A stretch of DNA of 56,250 nt, from contig RHPI01000053.1 of assembly GCA_009103225.1 (NCBI GenBank), positions 1-56,250 of the forward strand. The letters are read 5' to 3'. The translations under genes and the position numbers were made by a program. The notes beneath the pieces are model-generated. The model was not told the origin of the DNA. It saw nothing but the letters and a program-made list of their open reading frames with translations, and searched no databases. This document shows positions 1 to 10,503 of the stretch, piece by piece; the stretch's first letter is position 1, and each line of letters opens with the position of its first letter. This DNA comes from Chlorokybus atmophyticus. Lineage: Eukaryota > Plantae > Mesostigma and Chlorokybus algae.

Positions 1-50
1 CGACAGTTAGGCATTGGTCACCTTCAGTTGTTGAAGAATGCCTTATTTTG

Positions 51-420
51 ACGATAATTACCTAGTTGGTGCTTGTGAATTAGGCATAGTCGCCTGCGCT
101 GGACTAGTGTGTAACCTGCAGGTGCCTGTCACATAGGCTGAGTCACCTAGGTAAGACTGATGTGTAACTTACAGGTGCCCGTTGATTAGTTGTAGTCACC
201 TAATAAGGCCTGATGTGTAACTAACAGTTGCCTGGAAATTACACAAAGTCATTTGTTAAGGCCTAGTGTGTGTCTAACAGGTGCCTGTTCATTCTATAAA
301 GTCACCTAATAGAGCCTGATAGGTAACTATCAGGCGCCTGTTAGTTAGGCAAAGTCAACTGTTAAAGACTAAATTGTATTAAAAAGGGCCTTACAGTAAC
401 GACAGTTACTATCAGGTCCC
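51..420. repeat. Degenerate 53-bp tandem repeat array
   Basis: Unit starts CTRRT(G/A)(T/G)GT at 104, 157, 210, 263 and 316, an exact 53-bp period. Each unit has a CAG(G/T)(T/C)GCC(T/C)G core and an AGTCA(CCT) motif. More degenerate units lie on both sides. Confidence 0.9.
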
Positions 421-529
421 TGTATCAAGATTACAGGTGGCCTGAGCCACGACAGTCTCAATTAGCGTCCTCAGGTGCACGGCCGTTGCCAATATTTAGT
501 CGGCCGGCAGGGAAAAAGTATTTTTACGG

Positions 530-768
530 TATGGTGCTCACACAGAGCAAGATTCCCCCTCCCACAGCCCGCCATGGCCCCCACAAGCGCCTAAGTGTCG
601 CCGCCGCAGAAGAAAGAAACTGCTAAGGCTTGCAACCATACACACACAGCCTCACCGAGCATGCCCAGGACAGGCACGCTCAGCTAGTGTATGATGCTCA
701 CCCTAGAGCAAGATCCCCCCTCCCTCAGCCTGTCGTCGCCCCCACAAGCGCCAGAGTGTCGCCACCGC
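530..768 (+). repeat. Two diverged ~78-bp direct repeats, 160 bp apart
   Basis: 530-607 (TATGGTGCTCACACAGAGCAAGATTCCCCCTCCC...CCCCACAAGCGCC...GTGTCGCC) aligns with 690-768. Confidence 0.85.
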
Positions 769-3102
769 CGTTGCTGGCCACCGCTGCCACTCCCAACAGC
801 TAGCAGTCTGCTGCGTTGAACTTCAACCGTCAGATCTTGTCAAAATGACCGGTTCTGAAGACTGCCGCAACCCAAAATCCACCGGCCGCCATCACTTATA
901 CACGGATCCTGGTCAGGCCTGCTATCGCCGCCGTACTAGAAGAGCTCCCTCATTCCTCGCCCATCACCTCCCGCCCTCTGCCCATCTCTTCGCCCAATGC
1001 CCGCCCCCGCCACGCTTAATGTTCCACTCATCATAACGCTGATAAAGAAAAGGTTGTTTAATGACATATTGAATGCAGATATAGATTGAAGCATTTATCA
1101 TGATTTTGTCACACACAATAAACGTATTCTACTTATGATTACAGAATTAGAGCTTAACAGTATGCAATCAACATGGTATGATCGTTATCAACTAGACATA
1201 AACACATGAATACTAAAGGTGCATCACCTTTTATGCTACTTCAACGTAAGATTTAATACCTAGTGTTAGCTTCATTGCAGCTAGCATAAATGTTTATCAT
1301 AGCGTACGTCGCATAAAGTTTGACTACATAAGATTGGACAAAAAACGCTTTTCATAGCACTTACAATTTTATGGTTGTGAACTTGGAAGAAGGGGAAACA
1401 CGCAAGGCGCTTAAATCAGGTGAATATAGTTGTCATAGTAAACCAAAAGTGTGTTTTACATACCATTCCCAACTTAATCACACGGTTGTCGAAATTTTAA
1501 GCGATACTTTCACCTAACATTCGAGATCTCGTATGTTCTCTCAGTCTACCTAAAACTGCATACGCGTGTAACACTTATCATTCATTTATTATTACTCAAG
1601 TACTATTCATCTGTGAATTCGTGGATTATCGTGGATGGTCATTATACATATAAGTCTACCAACTTCAAACAACTTAATTGTTGAATGCGAATACCAATAT
1701 CATTGCTTTAAGCGCAACGCGGACGGGTGCGGCCTGGGAAACCGTCCGCATTTCCAGTAAAGTGGCCCGTTTAAGTGGGCCGCTCGGCCGGGCGCGGTCG
1801 GACACTTAATTCGGCCGCCTCCACTTAACTCGCAGAAACACCAGCCAGGCCCCGATATTTTCGGGGGGCTGGCCGTCCGCTTTCTGTCGACGCAGGGTGC
1901 TGTCGGCGCCGCCTCCAGACAGCCACCGACAGCGCTCGCCGTCATGCGCCGGCGGTAGCGAACGCGGAACCTTTTGGCCCAAGCCCAAGCTTCCGTGCTC
2001 AGCTCCGTTGGCGCCACGACTGAGGCGGCCAGGAGGAGCTGGAGCACGGTGATGGGACGGCGGCAATGGCGGCGGCAGCGGTCGCGGCCGTTACCACCGA
2101 CTCCGTTAGATGGAGCGGCTCTTGTCATCTGAGTTGTCACGCTTTTTGACGGTCGTAGCAAGTACGTTGCTAATGTTAGTGGTAGGTAGAGCATTTTTTT
2201 CACGCCCTCACGCCATGCAGGAGTCATCTTGGCCGCCATATTCATGGTACATTGCGGTACCTTATCATCCTCTTCCTCAACCTCTTCCTTTGCCTTTTAC
2301 TCATACGCACTTCAAATTAAGTTATAAGTTATACTCTCAGTCTCTTGCACAATCACGCGCACAACATCTACCATTGCACTTATCGAATCATACTTACAGT
2401 CAGTTGCTCACCTTTTTATCACATAAACGCAATGTCACTCACATTTCATCACTCACACCCTCGGTCACAAAAACGATCACTCTTTAGCGCATTTACACTC
2501 TGAATCAATATGCGTTATTTACTTTATTTATTCCAAGTAAATAACACATTCGCACGCACACGCTGTCAGTCACTCACACATTTGGTCTTACACTCAATGG
2601 ATCAATCACACACACACGCTCACACTTAATCACACATGCACGTACGTACGCAGGTAGTCACGCAGGTAGTCACTCCCACACTTACTCCCACAATTGCTGA
2701 GCGCCCACCCACCGATTCTGCCACACAACACTAGCGTACAACCGCAGTCACAATCACGCACGCATAGTGAATGCTAAAACGTGTATACATTTGTAATGTT
2801 GCTGATGCAGATTTACTCATAAAGAACTTGATAACATAATTGCCGAAAAGGATGCTTCGCGGCTCGACAAATCTTATAAGTCATACGCAAGTAATCACAA
2901 CAAGTATAAATGGTTTCTTCCCAACGACCCCGACCGGCAGCGCACGGGAGACACCAATACCAAACGATGATGATGGTGACGCTGGGTTGGCTCTGGCAAC
3001 CTGGACCTTGCAAGGGTCGCTCACAACATGCTAGGGCTGGATCATTTACGCAAGCCCAAGGCATTGATAAATAACATTTGTATTGCATTAATTGAATGAG
3101 CA

Positions 3103-4877
3103 ATGTGTGCAGCTATAGTATGGGTGGTAATGACATTACTGCGTTGCAGACGGAGAGCACTTTTCATTCCTGCTGAACGTAATTACACAACCACTGAGCA
3201 GGAATTGCTCGGGGTGGTGCACGCGCTGCGCACATGGTGTTGCTACTTGGAAGGTGTGGAGTTTTTAGTGATTACTGATCACAACCTGCTCACAAACTTT
3301 TATACGCAACAGAACCTTTCGAGGCGGCAAGCTAGGTGGAATGAATTCATTTCTCATTTCACTTTCACTTGGCAATACCGTCCGGGTCGCACCAATGTGG
3401 CGGATCCATTAAGTCGTAGCCCTGCTCTTTTGGCACTTACGCGCACTTGAAGTATGTAATGTGCAACAGCCTGAAGGTCCTTTCCTAAAGGAAGTGTCCA
3501 CAGGTTATAACTTGGATGATTGGTTTATCGGTCAAACCAACTTGCAACAGCTTACTGCTGTTGGCAATCTGTGGTATAAAGAAGAGCGGTTGGCAATTCC
3601 CAACTCGGGCCACTTGCATAAGCAATGCTTACAATCAGTGCATGAACCGCCGTATGCTGGGCATTTGGGAAAACACAAAACACTCAAAGCTGCGCAACAA
3701 TTGTACTGGTGGCCGTTAATGTCAGCTGATGTGGATTAATATGTTCGCACATGTGACGTGTATCCACGTAATAAGCCATTACGATAAAAACAAGCATGAT
3801 TACTTAAACCATTGGCAATCTCAGAACAAAAGTGGGACAGTGTCAGTATGGATTTGGTTTACTGACCTACCTGAAACAGCAGCCAAATACATTGCTATTG
3901 TGGTTTTTGTCGATATTTTGACCAAAATGGTGCATTTTGCCCCGTGTTGCACAACTGTGAGTGCACGGGACTTAGCACATTTATCTGTGTCCACGGTCTT
4001 TCGAGTTCACGGGGTACCGCGTGAGCTTATCACAGATCGTGATCCTCGGTTTGTCTCCAAGTTTTTTAGAGAAGTCTGTGAATTGTTGGGGGTAAAACAA
4101 AGTATGTCGATTGCTTTCCACCCGCAAACGGACGGACAAACTGAGCGAGCAAATCAAATACTGGAAGAAATGCTTCGCCACTATGTGGCTCCTAACCATG
4201 CTGATTGGGACAGGTACTTACCAACGGCAGAATTCGCTGTGAACAACGCGTGGCAGAAAAGTGTAAAGGAAACCCCATTTTTCTTGAATTATGGGATTCG
4301 CCCGAACACATTAGCGTCATTGCGTGTACCTCGCAATGCCCTGACTGTATCAGCGGCAAAGGGATGTGCCACTGATATGCAAGAAAATTTGGCTCGAGCC
4401 AAGCTATGTCTGTCAGAAGCACAGGACAGGCAAAAAGCTTATGCTGATACACATTGAAGAATGGCCACTTTCGACGTCGGCAATAGAGTTTTGCTTAATG
4501 CAAAGAGCATGACCATCAAAGGTACGGGTGCTTGCAAGTTGCTGCCCCGATGGTTGGATCCTTTCTCTATCACTCATAGAGTTGGTACGCACGCTTATCG
4601 ACTACAATTGCCCCCAAGTGTGCGTATACACAACGTGTTTCACGTGAACTTGTTGAAACCATACCGCTCGGACGGTAGAACACAGCCTCCACCATCACCG
4701 AATGAGGTGGACAGCGAGCTCGAATACGAGGTGGAAACTAATTTGGACCATAAGCTGAATAGTCGGGGACACGCAACCCGCTATTTGGTGAAATGGAAAG
4801 GGTATGGCCCGGAACATAACAGTGGGGAGCCCGACAGGCATCTAACGCACTGCCGCGAGTTGCTTCGAGCTTACTGA
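3103..4877 (+). pseudogene. Ty3/gypsy chromovirus pol remnant (RNase H, integrase, chromodomain), 5'-truncated, with stops and frameshifts
   Basis: RNase H motifs AERNYTTTEQELLGVVHAL and TDH...RRQARW. Integrase Zn-finger region HEPPYAGHLG...WWPLM. Integrase core VDILTKMVHF / ITDRDPRFVSKF / FHPQTDGQTERANQILEEMLR. GPY/F-like region LLPRWLDPF...HNVFHVNLLKPY. Chromodomain EYEVE...YLVKWKGY. Confidence 0.95.
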
Positions 4878-5015
4878 GACACACGTCCCGACTTGTGAAA
4901 TTGTGGGCTTGGTTGATGACAGACTGGCAGTGCAGTTTCATTACCACCCTGTCATTTCCTGCTATCTCACTGGTTACAATTACTCAAAATCAAGCCTGAT
5001 CAACTTGAGTTCAAC

Positions 5016-5231
5016 GAGGACGTTAAAAACCCAAGTGGGGGGAATGCAACGGGAGCAATAATAATAGAGGTATTATTGCTACCTAAATAACATATTCTAT
5101 ATGAATAAGTATTTAAATATGCTTATTTATACCTCTTTTTTACGGTGCCTCGCTTATCAAAAGCTATAATGCTTTATCATAGCTTAAATAAGTCCATATG
5201 GGTGTAGAACCTCTTATTCAAGCCTATTTAG
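5016..5231 (+). mobile_element. PPT and start of the 3' LTR of the chromovirus element
   Basis: GAGGACGT at 5016, purine tract GGGGGGAA at 5037-5044, then TGCAACGGGA from 5045. The LTR appears interrupted at 5232. Confidence 0.7.
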
Positions 5232-5572
5232 TGTCACATTTGATAAAATGTGATCACTATCTTGTTATGTACCTTATGATAGGTATCTTTTGATAGGTAC
5301 CTTATCGATAGGTACCTTGTCTGAGCTGTGATTGGCTCACGCTAAATTTCCTAGCTACCCTATCTGTAGGGTCGATGTCTAGTAGTGAGTAAATTATCGA
5401 GAGGTATATATTTGATATACTCTTGATATAAAAGGTCACATCAAACTGATGTGACCTCACTTTCAGTTCTCTGCTGAGTGGCGGCCACGCCGCTGAAAGG
5501 CTTGTCATAGGCGGTGTGGGTGTTGGGGTAGAGGATTGAAGGGGCATCACCGGCGACGATGGTGCTGTTACA
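5232..5572 (-). mobile_element. Probable solo LTR (TGTAACA...TGTGACA on the minus strand, ~341 bp)
   Basis: Terminal TGTxACA inverted motifs. Its first 84 nt (5489-5572) match 56167-56250 in inverted orientation with 2 mismatches. There is no PBS, no PPT and no matching TSD. Confidence 0.7.
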
Positions 5573-6299
5573 ACTTTTGATGGCATGCATGCCGCCCTGC
5601 AATTTCACTACCAACACACAAAGTAACAAGCGATTGCAAGGGATGAGCATCACCGACAAGAGTACAGACAACCTGAAGCTACTAGCATTTTTCACATTTC
5701 AACTTATGCCACCGTGTACCAGATGGCAAAGAAGAATATTAAACATTGACATTAACGGGTTGCGCATGTTGACCCACAGAACACATGAGCAATGCTACAT
5801 TTACAGAGGAGCAGTGGTACACTTTTACCAATAATCTTATGGCGCGCGGCATTGATAAAGCAACGCATGACTTTTCCATGGCAACATGGTTGAAAGCATG
5901 CATCGGGCGCTCCAACAAAAGGCGCGACACGTACCTGAGCTGTCTATGCCCTCCACAACGATTGAAGATTATTGGCACTCCCGATGTTCTTGTTATTTTT
6001 TTCATGGCCTTTAACTTTAACCATCTGAGTATTAAATATATACATGCTATTCAACAGGACCATCACCGTGCATGTTCTTGTATGCCATTATGTCCGGCGG
6101 TAAAACCTTTAAGAAGTCACAGACGAGCTTCGCTGACTTCATTCGCACGCGACCTGTTGGAGTGTCCGCAAGGTGCCTTGGCAAGGCATCTTGCACAACA
6201 GTTTTTTGTCAATGCGGAGCTGTTCCCCGATTCTCGACGCACCAAAGACTGGAACCTCACCGCGCTTTGACCCGCCAATAAGGTGACAATTCATTAGAT

Positions 6300-7390
6300 G
6301 TGTAGTACACGCGCAACACATTAATTACATACATGCACATACAAACACGTACGCGCACTTACTCACATGCTCACGCATGCTCACGCACCCATACACGCTG
6401 ACACACGAACAGCATCAGTGAAACACATGCATGCACTCGCAGACGCACATATTCGATGCTCTGTGTGATTGAATTACACTCACGCATGCATGTGCACGCA
6501 CGCCAGCGCGCACAAAAACACGCACACAAGTACGGCATTAGTCACAACATTAGTCTCTCACACGCGCACGCGCACACATTCGCACACTGACACAGCATCA
6601 CCAACACGCGCACGCCCGCACGCACAGCAATAATCACGTGAGTACGCATAGCATCAGTCACACACATGCAGGCGTGCACGCACAAGCAGCATCAGTCACA
6701 AGCATGCACGCATAACATCAAACTCACACTCACACAAATGCACGCACACATACACACCGTTGTGACAATCATACACACGCATAGACACGCACACTCACAC
6801 GCATACACACGCACGCAAACAAACGCACACGAATACAGCATCAGTCACAACACACAACTTCAGTCTCACACATGGGCACGCACACGCATGCACGCACAGC
6901 ATCACTCAGAAGCACACATGCACATATGAGTACGCATAGCATCACAGTCACACGCATGCACGCACAAGAAGCATCAGTCACAAGCATGCACGCACAACAT
7001 GGTCTCACACTCACACGAACGCACGCACACATACACATACTCATACACACGCATACACACGCACACGAGTACAGCATTAATCACTATATTAGACTCACAC
7101 AACATCAGTCTCCACACTCAACATCAGTCTTACACATGCACACGCAAACGCATGCACGCACAGCATAAGTCAAATGCGCGCGCGCACACATGCAGCATCA
7201 GTCACAACATTACAGTCACACATCTCTCCCACGTCATTAGTATCACACGCGCACGCACGCACAAGCATCAGTCTCCAACGCACGCACACACGCAGCATCA
7301 GTCACAAGCATAGCATTAGTCATACACATGCACGCACACACGTACAGCATGAGTCACAAGCACGCACGCACAGCATCACACACTGATGTG
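6300..7390 (+). repeat. CA-rich cryptic minisatellite intron with recurrent AGCATCAGTCAC motif
   Basis: More than ten AGCATCAGTCAC-like copies (for example near 6651, 6688, 6838, 6971, 7194 and 7294) are embedded in CAC/GCAC runs between YR exons. Confidence 0.8.
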
Positions 7391-7564
7391 CAACTCACTC
7401 GTGCATGGCCGACATGTGCAGAGCACGAAGAACCTGTCATACGAGCAACATGCAGAGTCTTGCAAGAAGTATTTCAAGAGTTCGACTTTAGGAAAAATGA
7501 CGCACACATTTCGAGTTGCGGGTGCTTAGTTTATGGATGCTAAAGGCATAGACAAGCAGGTGAC

Positions 7565-7566
<2 letters not shown>

Positions 7567-7613
<47 letters not shown>

Positions 7614-7836
7614 NNNNNNNNNNNNNNNNNNNNNNNNNNNNNNNNNNNNNNNNNNNNNNNNNNNNNNNNNNNNNNNNNNNNNNNNNNNNNNNNNNNNNNN
7701 NNNNNNNNNNNNNNNNNNNNNNNNNNNNNNNNNNNNNNNNNNNNNNNNNNNNNNNNNNNNNNNNNNNNNNNNNNNNNNNNNNNNNNNNNNNNNNNNNNNN
7801 NNNNNNNNNNNNNNNNNNNNNNNNNNNNNNNNNNNN

Positions 7837-7924
<88 letters not shown>
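7567..7924. repeat. (CT)n microsatellite spanning an assembly gap
   Basis: Pure CT run on both sides of Ns at 7614-7836, inside a YR intron (donor GT at 7560, acceptor AG ending 7937). Confidence 0.97.
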
Positions 7925-7926
<2 letters not shown>

Positions 7927-9240
7927 GCATGCCATAGCAAATGATAGCGCATATGGGCAAATGGAATTGAGACGTTATGGACAAGAGCTACCTCAAGTTC
8001 TTCAGATCAGAAGGGCTTCTAGCAGCTAGTGGTTGGCCGGGAGCTGCACAAAAGGATTTCAGCATGTTTTGGAGCGCGCGTTTCATGGTGGTTGTATCCG
8101 AGGATCTGATCGAGTTGGTGTTTCCGTTCTTGCGGACATTGCAAGGAACAGCAAACACCATTGTGAGATAAGGAGCAGGCGTCTGTACGCAGCTTGCCCA
8201 AGGTCCTTCAATATCTTGCAACGCTCCTTGTGCAGGATGCTGCGGCAGGCATGGCCGCCAAATATCCTTATCACCCACTTCACGCCTTGCTATCCGCCTC
8301 TCCGTCTGTTTAGTGCGCATAACTTCATAAAGACAAACCGTTAACAACATCACACACTTTTGTTTTACCTCACATGCAGTCGCGAGCATGCTTGTACACG
8401 CCCACGCTCAGTGCACTTGCATGCATGTGAGCTAATGCACAGGTATTCATATGGCTGCACATGCACAATGACACAAGGCAGCGCACATACGCATGTTGCA
8501 TGCTGGCGCACAAGCACTTTACACACAGTCACAATTGGGGTTGCATGTGGGATGGTTGCAAGCTTACAAATGCCTACATGCACATGCACGCTCTTTGCAG
8601 CACAAGCATGCACGCACGCATGTGCACGAGCACTCGCACGTATGCGCACTCGTACTTTTGCACAAAATTCCCACGCGAGCACGCGCACGCACACGCATGC
8701 ACACAGCAGAACACACAGTCTTAGCTGAGGTCACACACACGCACACAATTACATCCAACACAGTCACCAGCATAGACACGCATGCCCACACAATTGTCAA
8801 CCACAAGCAAGCACGCACCCCAGCATGCGGGCACAAACACAAGCATGCAGTAACATATTCAGTCACTTGTGCACTTGTATGCATGCGCACGCATGCGCCC
8901 ACATGCATGCACACAAGTACATGCGCACAGCAGCACATGCGCATATGCAGGCTTGGAGCTAGGCACACACACGCACACGCACAGTCACACAAACAAGCAC
9001 ACGCACATATACGCGTATACGCCCACATACACGCACACACTCACGTGCATCATGCACACCCGTAATTGCACGCATCAAGCTCACAGTCACATGCATGTCG
9101 TGCAGGGCTTTGCAAAGTCGACTTTAAACCCAACATGCTGAAGGGTATTTTGAGGCTTTCCGTCCGTGCACCATGCGTGCAAAGCTTGCACGAGTTGGTG
9201 GCGTTGGGTCTACACACTTGGGAAGAGCGGCAATCGGATT

Positions 9241-9363
9241 GCATGCGTAGTTGCTCTAGCAGCCTCCTCCCTTGTTCCTTCAAGTTGTCTTCCACCCATG
9301 AGTCATGGGTGAAAGACATCTTAAAGCAATAAGGGAGGAGGCTGCTAGAGCAACTACGCATGC
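9241..9363. repeat. 123-bp near-perfect palindrome (foldback)
   Basis: 9241-9301 is the reverse complement of 9303-9363 with 5 mismatches. The outer 33 bp are perfectly complementary. Confidence 0.95.
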
Positions 9364-9480
9364 TAGAGGCCGCGCCACAACTAAATATGGACCACAATGC
9401 CGCCGCTACAGGTACACGCGCAGCATGCGCATGTTTGAATGCATGTACGATCTTACCCTTAATGAACGCTTTGCGTGTAG

Positions 9481-10503
9481 CTGGTCCAAGCATCTCAAAG
9501 CAAATGACACCCAAGCATGCAGACAATCAGGGTTCCAACGACGCCAACAACCTAGCTACAGGTATGTGCATCATCACATGCTACCACACAAACGCGTCCG
9601 CATCAGCTACCAGCATAAGACATGACTCACAATTACACGTTTGCTCATAGCACGTTACTTAAACACATGCATGCATTATGCGAACACATGCGTGCACACG
9701 TGTTTGCGTGTGTGCGCGCGAACATGCACACATATGATTACCTTGCGACAGGTGCTAGCGTTGCAGAACTACCATGCCAAGACAGTAACAATGATGCGGC
9801 CAATGCGCATGCATGTACGTATTGTCACGCACACGCACGCACACGCGCATGTGTGCGCTTGTGCGCGACTGAATACACCGTTGGTCCTCAACAGGCGCAA
9901 GCACAACGGCTGAACTCCCAGTTGAGAACAGGAGTACTGATTATAATAATGACAAAGCCAGTCATGATGCATATAACGCGACTGTAGGTACGCAATATGC
10001 AAGCGCGCACACGCACGCATGCACGCGCTCGACTAAACGCACTGTTGGCCCGCAACAGGAGCAAGCTCAACAGTGCCCGTTGAACCAGCATGCAAGGATA
10101 GCAGCAACGACCAACACAAGGACAAAGACACTAGTCATGATGCAGACAAAGCCGCTGCGGGTACGCACGCGCGCGCAAGAGCTTGCACACTGGAGCGTGC
10201 ATGCGCTCGACTGATATGGTTGGCAACAGGTGCAAACACAATGGCGGATCCACCTTGCAAGGATACAAGCGATGTTGAACACAAGGACATAGCCATCAGG
10301 CATGACGCCAACAATACCGCTGCAAGTATGCACTACCAGCGCATGTGCAAGTGCATGAACACGCGCGCATGTGCACGCTCTCCTCTTAACATACGGTTGG
10401 CCCGCAGGTGCGAACACAATCGCGAAACTATCACGTCAGGATAGAAGCAATGACGAACACAAGGCTAAAGCCAGCGGTCTTGATGCCAACAATACCGCTG
10501 CAA
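9481..10503 (+). repeat. Tandem array of duplicated phase-1 exon plus intron modules
   Basis: Putative exons 9481-9561, 9752-9814, 9895-9987, 10059-10160, 10230-10325 and 10408-10503 are all multiples of 3. They are flanked by AG and GT, except the last donor, which is AT. Peptides and intron 3' ends are related. Confidence 0.75.

Noticed and set aside
51-420. CRISPR-like regular spacing
   Set aside because: The whole unit is homologous rather than repeat plus unique spacer. There are no cas genes and the context is eukaryotic.
1700-2487. ORFs 1700-2245 (-) and 2110-2487 (+)
   Set aside because: No recognisable domain, and they run into low-complexity intron-like DNA.
3103-9335. TAA/TAG at positions where Gln is expected (3746, 7527, 9330), suggesting an ulvophyte-type TAR=Gln code
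   Set aside because: These occur only in decayed transposons and fit C-to-T changes, and TGA stops occur there too. The conserved host exons contain no in-frame TAR, and four host genes end at TAG.
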